Assembly (NCBI GenBank): GCA_002104905.1
Contig: MCFE01000610.1
Location: forward strand, 1-53,112
DNA from: Basidiobolus meristosporus CBS 931.73
Taxonomy: Eukaryota > Fungi > Basidiobolomycota
Direction: 5' to 3'
Length of the DNA: 53,112 nt
Shown: positions 1 through 10,459 of the stretch, piece by piece
How positions within the stretch are numbered: position 1 is the stretch's first letter
Layout: each line of letters starts with the position of its first letter
The notes under the pieces: model-generated
Databases searched by the model: none
Seen by the model: the letters and a program-made list of their open reading frames with translations, nothing else
What the model was told of the DNA's origin: nothing
Translations under genes and position numbers: made by a program

Positions 1-842
1 CTTAGCAATAGTCAAGAGAGCACCAACATACTGTATGAAGCAGAGTCTTATGTATATCCTATAGCTACCTGAAGTGGGAATACAAAGCAATTCATGTGTT
101 GGAATTGCTATGAGTACCAAGAAATAATGCTTGTTGCTTGGCTGATGTCATGTTTATGCTTAGTGAGCTGAATAGTGAAAGCATCTCCGAAAGACTGCTG
201 GAGTACTGTACAAAGCCTGCCAATCTCTCAGTATATTGAGACTTCAGCCATACCTGTGAAGGAAGAGCTGGGGATAGCAGTGAGTATTTCTGCTGAGAAT
301 GCTGAAAAGATAATGGTTCTTTGAAACCTTATGGACTTCTATACACCAGAGATATGATGGTTGAAGTGTCAGTCAGTGATCAGAGTGTAAGTAATGATGT
401 GATAGATACTCCAGCATGAGTGTATTTATCTACCATAGCCGTCATGGTTAGATACACTCCACAAAGCTCAGAGGGTAAAAAATCTTATCCTGTTTTGAGG
501 CAGACGATTTTGAACCAGAATCCTCGTATGAAAGGCTTATCTACGCATCAACGGGGCATCAACGGGGCATCATCTTTCAGCACCACTATCAGTCATATGC
601 CTAACGGTAAGACTATAGAGATTTCAATGAGTTATTTCACTCTACAATTATATGCATGCATTCAATCAAAGCAACTATGCCATTTGTTTACGTATCGAAA
701 TCCAAGCCACACACACTATAGCAAGTCATACACACGATAAAGTTGTATATTATTCCCCTTCATTATCTTAGTAACTCTGCTTATCCCCTTATGGCTCTAC
801 ACAATCTTCTTTAATATTCGATTCAACGGTGAAGTACTCACA

Positions 843-1100
843 ATACGACTCAATACCGTTCTCTCCTCCTTAAACATGGTACTGCCAACCTGCGTATCAA
901 CCTTGGCTCATGGCAACACATGACTGCCGGGCCATTGGATACCGTAAGCATAACTCCCGGACCACCCGGCACCTCCGCCAAAGCAATCCTGTACCTTTCT
1001 GTGCAAGATTGCAACAGGAAAAGGACCAGGTTTGCTGCGATTACCTCGAAACTACGGAAAAGAAGTGACCGTTGGAGCAGTGAGAGTCTCTGCTAACCAG
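843..1100 (+). pseudogene. Family C pseudogene (deletion across the intron; ATG>ATA)
   Basis: Aligns to exon 1 and exon 2 of 6199-6625 with the intervening segment missing. Start and stop codons are mutated. Confidence 0.75.
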
Positions 1101-1225
1101 CATTCTCAATAAGAGTCATAATCACATGGCCATTCACTATCAATAGATAAAATGCAACGGTACTTTATTCAAGCACACAGACAAGCTATGTTGTTGGAGT
1201 GAATGAAAACCTTGATTGTTATTAT

Positions 1226-1675
1226 TTAGCAATCCCAGTCGCATCCACCATACCCTCCATATCCCCCGTAGCGTCCATATCCCCACCGACCTCCATAACC
1301 ACCGTAGCGACCGTAACCTCCTCGTCCCCAGTATCTGCCCCTCCGCCGCCCATATCCACCGTATCTCCCCCATAGCTGGGCCTCTTCAGGATTGCCCTCC
1401 TCTTCCTCGACTCCTTGGTCGGCGCCTTGCTTGCTCGAGATAGTCTGATCAAACGTATTCCTCGACATCTGGCCGAGAATGCCATCGATGTAGTGTCGAA
1501 TATTCTGCGCATCCTCTTCCCTGTTGGACGAGAACTTCTTCACCATTTGACCGCTTTGCGGGTTCTTATCGGAGATGGATGCGCTCGCTACATTTGTGCT
1601 TGACACATCTACGGGACTTCCAAAGGCACTAACGACCATTAGTAGAGCACAGGCTGCGGTAAGTTGTTTGTACAT
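1226..1675 (-). CDS. Secreted Gly/Tyr/Arg-rich peptide precursor, family A copy 1 (149 aa)
   Basis: ATG at 1675 (MYKQLTAACALLMVVSAFG, signal-peptide-like), acidic pro-region, then WGRYGGYG...GGCDWDC-stop. TATA box ~40 bp upstream and AATAAA on the minus strand at ~1165. The ORF track start at 1696 is an upstream TTG. Intact paralogs are conserved. Confidence 0.9.
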   Translation of the reverse strand: MYKQLTAACALLMVVSAFGSPVDVSSTNVASASISDKNPQSGQMVKKFSSNREEDAQNIRHYIDGILGQMSRNTFDQTISSKQGADQGVEEEEGNPEEAQLWGRYGGYGRRRGRYWGRGGYGRYGGYGGRWGYGRYGGYGGYGGCDWDC

Positions 1676-1713
1676 TGTGAATGTTGAATACTCCAATAAA
1701 GCTCAGCACCAGC

Positions 1714-1722
1714 CTTTATATA
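1714..1722 (-). promoter_or_regulatory. TATA box of family A gene (TATATAAAG); equivalents at ~5108-5116, 7859-7867 and 7886-7894
   Basis: Consensus TATA element ~40 bp upstream of the ATG, conserved in all intact A copies. Confidence 0.65.
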
Positions 1723-1894
1723 CAGATACAAGATCGAGGTTGATTGATATCGCATCTAGGAAGCTTCGCGGAATCGATGGGTTTCGGACGAACGATATAT
1801 TATATTTTGCATCTATTCTACAGGCATTAGGAAGATACAATAAGAGCTTCTAGAGTAGTGTTATCATGCGAAAAAAAATGACTACTAACAGTAC

Positions 1895-1984
1895 ACCATT
1901 AAAAGGTAAAAATTGACAGCATTGAAGGTAAAACTTGACCGCATTTAAAGGTAAAGATTGGCACCATTTATGAAGATAATTGAC
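1895..1984. repeat. Imperfect 22-23 bp tandem repeat x4
   Basis: accattaaaaggtaaaaattgac / agcattgaaggtaaaacttgac / cgcatttaaaggtaaagattggc / accatttatgaagataattgac. Confidence 0.7.
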
Positions 1985-2139
1985 AGCCAAACTGCAATAA
2001 GACTTATCTTTGCCTAGACATCCACCTTATCCATACACATATCCGACTTTCTCTCCATGCTGCAGCTTGGTAAACATCACTGATTAATTACGATGAGCAA
2101 TGTCATTATGATGTTTATTAAACGTAAGGATGTAGTGCA

Positions 2140-2559
2140 TTAGCAACCCCAGTCGCATCCACCATAGCCACCATATCCCCCGTAGCGCCCATATCCCCAT
2201 CGGCCTCCGTAGCCACCATAGCGACCGTAACGTCCTCGTCCCCAGTATCTGCTTCCCCATCTTCCATAGCCACCATACCTACCCCAAAGCTCGGCCTCTT
2301 CTGAGTCAGTGTCTTCACTTGTAGGAGACGCTTGTTCATCTGCCAACCCACCGCCTGACATTTGGCCGAATATGTCGTCAAGAATGGCGCGAGCATCTTC
2401 GTCTTTTGTGGACTGGAATCGTGTTATCATTTTGCCGCTTTGTGGGTCCCGGATGGAGATGGAAGCACTTGCTACATTGGTTGCTTCTGGCTGCACAGGG
2501 GTTGCCACCGCATATGAGGCAATTAGGAGAGCAAAGGTGACGGAGAAGTGCTTGTACAT
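2140..2559 (-). CDS. Secreted Gly/Tyr/Arg-rich peptide precursor, divergent family B copy (139 aa)
   Basis: ATG at 2559 (MYKHFSVTFALLIASYAVA), TATATATA at 2596-2603. The 48-aa C-terminal peptide is 43/48 identical to copy A1 while the signal and pro-regions are diverged. Confidence 0.9.
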   Translation of the reverse strand: MYKHFSVTFALLIASYAVATPVQPEATNVASASISIRDPQSGKMITRFQSTKDEDARAILDDIFGQMSGGGLADEQASPTSEDTDSEEAELWGRYGGYGRWGSRYWGRGRYGRYGGYGGRWGYGRYGGYGGYGGCDWGC

Positions 2560-4240
2560 TGTGAATCTGAATGAAGCACTTGAGCTGATTATGAGTATAT
2601 ATACCCGCACAGCAGAAGCTGATGATGGAGCTTATTAAAGACACTCAACTTTACCTCTGCCTTCAGTGGGAAGCGCTGCGGGTGATCCATTTGGCTGTTC
2701 AATAGAAGCTGTTTAGTGGCTCTTCATTCAATCAAACACGCATAACACAACAAAAAGCTTAAAAAGATCATTTGTTTAGCAGATATGTTACAGGTTAGCC
2801 ACCTCCATATTAACCATATGCTAATATTGATTGTGTGAACTTCCAGTTGCAGTCATCTCCATGTACCAATGTATCCTGTCACTGTAGCGTCATTATCCCT
2901 TTCTGTTGATGCCATAGATTCCTTTATATCTTCATATTTACTGAAGAATGGCATGATTGATGACATCTCTTGAGCCAACTCCAGCATTTATTCCCAGTCG
3001 GTTACACATACGGTTAACCTGCCGCAGTAAATCCTGAAGAATATACTTGGTCGGTGTATGGTAAGCGGAATTAGTAAGCTCCAAGTTAGGCTGCAATAAT
3101 ATAAAAATTAGTGTACTTATCGAATATATTCTCAGTGCATATAGCTTGTTGTAAGTTCATGCTAGCTGATATTGGAAGGGGCTGCGGTTCAAGCACTGAG
3201 AACTAGCTGCGATCATTATTACTAAATGACAACCATTGATTGCGTCAAGTATTCCATTTTCATTCTTAGTTGTACAGTATCTGTTGCAAATATCTTCAAA
3301 TATTGGGATATTGTGGAGAATATAGGGCACTTGATATTGTGGACAATATAGGGTACTTGATAGTACAACACTGATTTAGAAGTGTCTAAAATGAGGAAAG
3401 CAGAGGCCTATTGTACCTGGGCAGCCTGTAAGCAATTATCAATCATCAATTACATAGAGAACTTAGTAAGTTTGTTTATCTATCATAGCCATCATGGTTA
3501 TTGAACAAACGCTCAAAAGATACTCTCCACAAAGCTCAGATGGTCATAAGATCTTATCCGTGCTGTGGGGCAGACGAGAGGTTGAATCAGAATCCTCGTA
3601 TGGAAGGCGGTGAGGGACAGCCGTGGCAGGGAGTGATGGAGGTTCCATAGGACGTAATCCCCGTCTGTCATCGCGTATCTCCCCGGTTTTGTCCTCACGT
3701 CTTTAGCAAAGTCTTCGAGCACCCCGACCTTGTGGAACCTTTCACTAAGCAACGATACTTGTATTTCACTTGGGATAAATACCTAAGTAGGTAAAGCCTT
3801 TCACCTTATCCACACATCAACCGGGCGTGTATTTCACCACCACTATCAGTAATGGAAAGGCTATAAAGATTCGTGTTTTGAATAGATTTCCACAAGAGCC
3901 AGTGAGTTCTTTCACTCTACGAATATATATGCATGCATTCGATCCGGTTTTATACTTACAGCGAATAGAAATTCAAGCCACGCACACTAAAACAAGCTAC
4001 TCATACTATAAAATTGTAGCGCCCGTACTTCACTTGACTTAAGCCTTATTATGTTACTAGTAGCAAGGAACGGGCTCGCTTGGCTAGAAACTGAAGTGAG
4101 GGTAATACACCCAGGAGTGATCAAATATTCCCCTTCATTGCCATGGTAACTCTGCCCATCTCTCCTTGCCTACCGTCCCTATCCCCTTAAAGCTCTATAC
4201 AGTCCTCTTCAGTATCCAATTCAGTGGTGAAACACACACA

Positions 4241-4503
4241 ATGCGATTCAATACCCTTCTCTGCTCCTTAACCGTGTCAACATCAGCTCATGTCAACACG
4301 TGACCTGCGAACCGGTAGATATCACAAGCATCACTTCCGGTCCACCCGGCACCTCCGCCAAAGTAATCCTGTACCCTTCCCTGCAAGATTGCAACCGTAA
4401 AAGGAACACGACTGCTACGATTACCTCTAAACAACTCGAGATATACATCGCGAAGTACGGAAAAGAAGTGACCGTTGGAGCAGTGAGAGTCTCTGCCAAC
4501 TAG
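4241..4503 (+). pseudogene. Family C pseudogene (deletion across the intron, frameshift)
   Basis: MRFNTLLCSLTVSTSAHVNT-stop. The exon-2 homologue (ORF 4300-4503) is out of frame. Confidence 0.75.
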
Positions 4504-4628
4504 CATTCTCAATAAGAGTCATAATCACATGGCCATTCACTATCAATAGATAAAATGCAACGGTACTTTATTCAAGCACATAGGCAAGTTGTATTGTTGG
4601 AGTGGATGAAAGCCTTGATTCTTATTAT

Positions 4629-5069
4629 TCAGCAACCCCAGTCGCATCCACCATACCCTCCATATCCCCCGTAGCGTCCATATCCCCATCGACCTCCATA
4701 ACCACCGTAGCGTCCTCGTCCCCAGTATCTGCCCCTCCGCCGCCCATATCCGCCGTATCTCCCCCATAGCTGGGCCTCTTCAGGATTGCCGTCCTCTTCC
4801 TCGACATCTTGGTCGGCGTCTTGCTTATCCGAGAGGGTCTGATCGAACGTATTTCTTGACATCTGGCCGAGAATGCCATCGATGTAGTGTCGAATATTCT
4901 GCGCATCCTCTTCCTTGTTGGACGAGAACCTCTTCACCACTTGGCCACTTTGTGGATCCCTATCGGAGATGGATGCGCTCGCTACATTTGTGCTTGACAC
5001 ATCCACGGGACTTCCAAAGGCACTGACGACCATTAATAGAGCACAAGCTGCGGTAAGTTGTTTGTACAT
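4629..5069 (-). CDS. Secreted Gly/Tyr/Arg-rich peptide precursor, family A copy 2 (146 aa)
   Basis: Intact paralog of 1226-1675 with an in-frame 9-bp loss in the repeat domain (45-aa peptide). TATA box at ~5108-5116. Confidence 0.9.
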   Translation of the reverse strand: MYKQLTAACALLMVVSAFGSPVDVSSTNVASASISDRDPQSGQVVKRFSSNKEEDAQNIRHYIDGILGQMSRNTFDQTLSDKQDADQDVEEEDGNPEEAQLWGRYGGYGRRRGRYWGRGRYGGYGGRWGYGRYGGYGGYGGCDWGC

Positions 5070-5429
5070 TGTGAATGTTGAATACTCCAATAAAGCTCAG
5101 CACCAGTCTTTATATACAGATACAAGATGGAGGTTGATTGATATCGCATCTAGGAAGCTTCAGTCAAATGATGTAGTATATTTCGGAGGCAACCACCGCA
5201 GCCAAAGTACAAACACTCGATTTCTGTTAACAACAACACTAGTCGTGGTATAGAGATTTCTATACTATGTTATATGAAAGTGGCAAGTATTTATCTCGTA
5301 AACGGAAATGAGTTGATAAACAGCGAGAGCCTCAAAAGAGTGCCTCAAAAATTGTCATATATTTTGCATGATTTAGAGTTGCGGATGATCGCAATATTCG
5401 TAGTAAGCTTAACAGCATGGTGTATTAAA

Positions 5430-5636
5430 TTAGCATCCCAAACAAGCCCTCTAAGTTCCCAGCGACCATCATGGTCCCCGAAGTGACCATAACGTCCTCG
5501 TCACCTGTTCACTCTGGTGCGAGCGTCTTCTTCGTACACACCGTTTCCGGGCTTTGGAGAAGAGGTGGACACACTTGCCACAATGGCTGTACCGGAATTT
5601 AAAAAGCATTAAAACGATGGAAAAGTACTTGCGCAA
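5430..5636 (-). pseudogene. Decayed family B precursor
   Basis: Minus strand reads LRKYFSIVLMLF (cf. MYKHFSVTFALL), then after a frameshift IVASVSTSSPKPG..EEDAR..stop-RGRYGH..GRW. Start codon lost, internal deletions. Confidence 0.7.
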
Positions 5637-6198
5637 GGTGAAGACCAAAGGATAAACGGAGCCTCCTCTTGTGTATCCTTAACGTTGTCAATCCTATACC
5701 ACCATTTGTCGTTCATCATCAAAAGGCATCACCACCACCTGCCTTCCTTCATCAGGAGACGAATGAGTGGGCTACCTATGTGTAACACTCAAAATTCCCT
5801 CGAACAAACTAAGAATGCACTCAATATTTATAGCCTCAGTGTAACAGAAACTACAACACTTTGTTTACGCCTAGATCGCACTCACCGTATTCTACGTAAG
5901 TCTCGCTATGATACTAATGGAAGTGAGCAGGCAAAGCATCCGCGCCACATATGCAGGCCAACATTAGTCATCCTGGTGTTATTGAACAATACAAGGATCA
6001 GCAGTTTCTCCTAAAAAAGAAGTGCTTAGCCCAAAGGCAATTTGGAGTGAATGCGATACTACGGTATATAGTATAAAATATTCCGCTTCATCATAATGGT
6101 AGCTCAGCCTGTCTCTCCTTACAAGCCCAGCTAATTCCCTATAAAATCGCTTGTAATGCTTACCTTATTCATCAGGCATACACACAAAAGCACTCACA

Positions 6199-6625
6199 AT
6201 GCGATTCAATACCGTTTTCTGCTCCTTAGCCATGGCACTGCTAGCCTGCACAACAACTTCAGCACAATCCTCTAGAGCGTTACTAAGTATGTAATCAGTA
6301 TATAACTCAACTAGCCGCAACCAGTGAGCCTTACTAACCAAATACTTACAATGTAGAATTGGTGAATACTCCTGAAGATACCGCACAACAACTACCATTC
6401 TCAGCTGGCTCATGCCAACGCGTGACCTTTGGACCGGTGGATACTGCCAGCATCACCCCCGAATCACCCAGTACCTCTGCCCAAGCCATCTTGTATCCTT
6501 CTCTGCAAGATTGTAACAATCGCAGGAACAGGATTGCTGCTATAACATCCAATCAACTCGAGGTACATATCGCTAAGAATGGAAAAGAAGTGACTGTTGG
6601 AGCAGTAAGAGTATCTGTCAGCTAG
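6199..6625 (+). CDS. Small secreted two-Cys protein, family C, spliced (exons 6199-6286 and 6357-6625; 118 aa)
   Basis: Exon 1 encodes MRFNTVFCSLAMALLACTTTSAQSSRALL (signal-peptide-like). A phase-1, 70-nt intron joins in frame to ORF 6359-6625. TATAAAA at 6140-6146. Confidence 0.85.
6287..6356 (+). other. Spliceosomal intron, 70 nt
   Basis: GTATGT donor, TACTAAC branch point at 6332-6338, TAG acceptor. Its removal keeps the reading frame. A second copy lies at 9044-9113. Confidence 0.85.
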
Positions 6626-6967
6626 CATCCTCAATAAACCGCATTGTTTAGCCAAGAGTTATAAAGAATGCATCACATTAAATATACACAGCCAGAATGA
6701 AAGAGCAACTGTAACAGACTAGTGAACGGAAGCCTAGAATATGCCTACACATCATTATGATTATCCAGCAAAAGGTGAATGGAGTGTATCCACCGTAGCG
6801 ATACTAGTAGCAAGGAACGGGCTCTCTTGGCTAGAAACTGAAGTAAGGGTGATACTCCCCTTCATTGCCATGGTAACTCCGCCTGTCTCTCCTTACCAAC
6901 CGTGCTTATACCCTTATAGCTCTATACAATCCTCTTCAATATTCAATTGAACGGTGAAACACACACA

Positions 6968-7245
6968 ATGCGATTCAATACCGTTCTCTGCTCCTTAACC
7001 GTGGCACTGCTAACCCGCATACCAACCTCGGCTCATGTCATCACGTGACCTGCTGACTGGTAGATACCGCAAGCATTACTTCCGGACCGCCCAGCACCTT
7101 CGCCAAAGCGATCCCGTACACTTCTCTGCAAGATTGCAACAGGAAAAGGAACTGGATTGCAACAATTACCTCCAAGCAACTCGAGATACACATCGCGAAG
7201 AACGGAAAAGTGACCTTTGGAGCAGTGAGGGCCTCTGCCAGCTAG
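6968..7245 (+). pseudogene. Family C pseudogene (same deletion, extra stop)
   Basis: MRFNTVLCSLTVALLTRIPTSAHVIT-stop. The exon-2 homologue is out of frame and has an internal TGA. Confidence 0.75.
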
Positions 7246-7370
7246 CACTTTAAATAAGCGTCATAATCACATGACCATTCACTACCAATCAATAAAATGC
7301 AACGGTACTTTATTCAAGCACACAGACAAGTGGTGTTGTTGGAGTGAATGAAAGCCTTGATTCTTACTAT

Positions 7371-7820
7371 TCAGCAACCCCAGTCGCATCCACCATACCC
7401 TCCATATCCCCCGTAGCGTCCATATCTCCACCGACCTCCATAACCACCGTAGCGACCGTAACCTCCTCGTCCCCAGTATCTGCCCCTTCGCCGCCCATAT
7501 CCCCCGTATCTCCCCCATAGCTCGGCCTCTTCAGGATCGCCCTCCTCTTCCTCGACATCTTGGTCGGCGTCTTGCTTATCCGAGAGAGTCTGATCGAACA
7601 TATTCCTTGACATCTGGCCGAGAATGCCATCAATATAGTGCCGAATATTCTGCGCATCCTCTTCCTTGTTTGACGAGAACCTCTTCACCACTTGGCCGCT
7701 TTGTGGGTTCCTATCGGAGATGGATGCGCTCGCCATATTTGTGCTTGACACATCCACGGGACTTCCAAAGGCACTGACGGCCATTAGTAAAGCACAAGCT
7801 GCGGTAAGTTGTTTGAACAT
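7371..7820 (-). CDS. Secreted Gly/Tyr/Arg-rich peptide precursor, family A copy 3 (149 aa)
   Basis: Intact ORF MFKQLTAAC...GGCDWGC with the same architecture. The TATA segment upstream is duplicated. Confidence 0.9.
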   Translation of the reverse strand: MFKQLTAACALLMAVSAFGSPVDVSSTNMASASISDRNPQSGQVVKRFSSNKEEDAQNIRHYIDGILGQMSRNMFDQTLSDKQDADQDVEEEEGDPEEAELWGRYGGYGRRRGRYWGRGGYGRYGGYGGRWRYGRYGGYGGYGGCDWGC

Positions 7821-8207
7821 GGTGAATGTTTAATATTCCAATAAAGCTCAGCACCAGCCTTTATATACAGATACAAGATCGAGGTCTTTATATACAGATA
7901 CAAGATGGAGGTTGATTGATATCGCATCTAGGAAGCTTCAGTCAAATAATGTAGTCTATTTCGGAGGCAACCACCGCAGCCAAAGTAAAAACACTCGATT
8001 TCCGTCAACAACAATACTAGTCGTGGTATAGAGATTTCTATACTATGATAAATGAAAGTGGCAAGTATTTCTCTCATAAACGGAAATGGGTAGAAAACCA
8101 GTGAGAGCCTCAAAAGAGAGCCTCAAAAATTGGCATTTATTTCGCATGATTTAGAGTTGTGGATGATCGCAATATTGGTATTAAGCTTAACAGCATGGTG
8201 TATTAAA

Positions 8208-8393
8208 TTAGCATCCCAAGCAAGCCCTCCAAGTTCCCAGCGACCATAACGTCCTCGTCACCTGTTCACTCTGGTGCGAGCGTCTTCTTCCTACACACCG
8301 TTTCCGGGCTTTGGAGAAGAGATGGACACACTTGCCACAATGGCTGTACCGGAATTTAAAAAGCATTAAAACGATGGAAAAGTGCTTGCACAT
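8208..8393 (-). pseudogene. Decayed family B precursor (duplicate of 5430-5636)
   Basis: MCKHFSIVLMLF start, frameshifted body, ends ..CLGC-stop. Near-identical to 5430-5636 within the 2.75-kb duplication. Confidence 0.7.
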
Positions 8394-8955
8394 GGTGAAG
8401 ACCAAAGGATAAACGGAGCCTCCTCTTGTGTATCCTTAACGTTGTCAATCCTATACCACCATTTGTCGTTCATCATCAAAAGGCATCACCACCACCTGCC
8501 TTCCTTCATCAGGAGACGAATGAGTGGGCTACCTATGTGTAACACTCAAAATTCCCTCGAACAAACTAAGAATGCACTCAATATTTATAGCCTCAGTGTA
8601 ACAGAAACTGCAACACTTTGTTTACGCCTAGATCGCACTCAACGTATTCCACGTAAGTCTCGCTATGATACTAATGGAAGTGAGCAGGCAAAGCATCCGC
8701 GCCACATATGCAGGCCAACACTAGTCATCCTGGTGTTATTGAACAATACAAGGATCAGCAGTTTCCCCTAAAAAAGAGGTGCTTAGCCCAAAGGCAATTT
8801 GGAGTGAATGCGATACTACGGTATATAGTATAAAATATTCCGCTTCATCATCATGGTAGCTCAGCCTGTCTCTCCTTACAAGCCGGGCTAATTCCCTATA
8901 AAATCGCTTGTAATGCTTACCTTATTCATCAGGCATACACACAAAAGCACTCACA

Positions 8956-9368
8956 ATGCGATTCAATACCGTTTTCTGCTCCTTAGCCATGGCACTGCTA
9001 GCCTGCACGTCAACTTCAGCACAATACTCCAGTGCGCTACTAAGTATGCCATCAGTATATAACTCAACTAGCCACAACCAGTGAGGCTTACTAACCAAAT
9101 ACTTACAATGTAGAATTGGTGAATACTCCTGAAGATACCGCACAGCAACTACCATTCTCAGCTGGCTCATGCCAACGCGTGACCTACTGCCAGCATCACC
9201 CCGGAATCACCTAGCACCTGCGCCCAAGCAATCCTGTATCCTTCTCTGCAAGATTGTAACAATCGCAGGAACAGGATTGCTGCTATAACATCCAATCAAC
9301 TCGAGGTACATATCGCGAAGAACGGAAAAGAAGTGACTGTTGGAGCAGTAAGAATATCTGTTAACTAA
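8956..9368 (+). pseudogene. Family C copy with intact intron but a 14-nt frameshifting deletion
   Basis: Intron at 9044-9113. TTTGGACCGGTGGA is missing after GTGACC (~9184), giving an early TAG. Confidence 0.8.
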
Positions 9369-9489
9369 TGCTCAATAAACCGCATTGTTTAGCCAAGAGA
9401 TACACATAATGCTCAAGCGTACAGACTGGTGAACGAAAACCTGGAATATGCCTACACATCACTCTGATTATCCAGCAAAAGGTGAATGG

Positions 9490-9712
9490 AGTGTATCCAC
9501 CATAGCCTCCATATACACCATAGCAACCATAACGTCCTTGTCCTCTGTATCTCCCCCGCCCACCGTCTATATCTACCCCATAGCTTCAGGATTGCTCTCC
9601 TCTTCTTTGAATCCTTGGTGGACACCTTATTTGCCCGAGAGTCTAACGAAACGTATAGAATGTCTTTGATATAGTGCCGAATGTTCTGCGCATCCTCTTC
9701 CTTCCTCAACAA
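9490..9712 (-). pseudogene. 5'-truncated, frameshifted family A precursor
   Basis: EEDAQNIRHYIKDIL..KLWGRY, then after a frameshift GRYRGQGRYGCYGVYGGYGGY. No signal peptide and no CDWxC end. Confidence 0.75.
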
Positions 9713-10459
9713 CCCGCATCCCGTTATATAGCACTGGTTAATTACCCCACATTAGCTCGATTCTTCTCTATAACGCAAACTCATAAATCCCTCTTTGTGA
9801 TAATATTGACTCTACAAGATGTTTATTCACTTGCCATAACCATCTTCTAAGCTTAGGATGCGCTAGTTTTAGGTTCAAACACAGCGGCTATCAAGGCTTC
9901 ACAAGCAGGCGTTCGTTTAGATTCCTACGCATAACTGGCTCTCCTTTAAACTTTACCATTACCTCGTCATTGTCCATTGTTAGCTCCTGCAACCCATGCG
10001 TCACTGAGAATACCTCGCACATGACGCTCTATGGATACGGTCCTGGTCTTGCACCATGGTTTGCACAATAGTATCAGGCCATTGTCCTTTTATAGTCCAA
10101 TATGATCAAATGATGACTTGAACAATGTTCCTTTGTTAGAACTGGATTTCTACCATTGTTTATATGGATTGGGGAATGGGAACTGAGTCACCGCTCTGTT
10201 AGAGAGGGGCTTACTTGCTATTACGGTGAGTTGAACGTAAATTGGGAATATTTAATGGGGCATTAGCTTATATATATGACTAATTGATATGAGTCAAATG
10301 ATGTAGTACATTCCGGAAACAACCGCCGCAGTTCACTCGCTCATGGAAATAAACCACCATGCAATCAAGCAAAGAGATTTCAATATTAAATCAAGTTGAG
10401 CAAAGGATATTTGGATTGAATGCAATACTATGGTATATCGTACAAAACTCATCACTGCC

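Larger units (their letters stand above)
420..9560. repeat. Three imperfect tandem segmental units (~3.4 kb and ~2.75 kb offsets)
   Basis: 420-1790 is echoed at ~3470-5160 (A-gene offset 3403). ~4055-6800 is echoed at ~6805-9500 (offsets 2742-2757, e.g. C gene 6199 vs 8956). Confidence 0.9.

Noticed and set aside
420-740. 106-aa ORF, and ORFs 11077-11361 and 14810-15145
   Set aside because: No recognisable motifs. The paralogous region at ~3480-3990 does not keep the 420-740 frame, and the others lie in decayed DNA.
843-1100. Processed (retro) pseudogene origin of the intronless family C copies
   Set aside because: Exon sequence on both sides of the intron is missing too, the frame is broken, and there is no polyA tail. 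A genomic deletion fits better.
1676-1696. Upstream starts given by the ORF track (MEYSTFT.., MRVYILI.. at 2610, and 5090)
   Set aside because: Non-ATG or TATA-overlapping starts. The downstream ATG begins the signal peptide and matches A3.
1140-1853. Alternative-frame and antisense ORFs over the GY genes (also near 2118-2644, 4543-5253, 7282-7657)
   Set aside because: Shadows of Gly/Tyr codon repeats. Only the signal-peptide frame has a TATA box, a polyA signal and conserved protein features.
3513-3752. Possible further GY-family relic (GGGAGATAC.. on the minus strand)
   Set aside because: Similarity is too short to support by eye.
5685-6014. ORF with an HHHH run, duplicated at 8382-8771
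   Set aside because: Conservation is explained by the recent segmental duplication. It has a non-ATG start and no recognisable features, and lies in the region between divergent genes.
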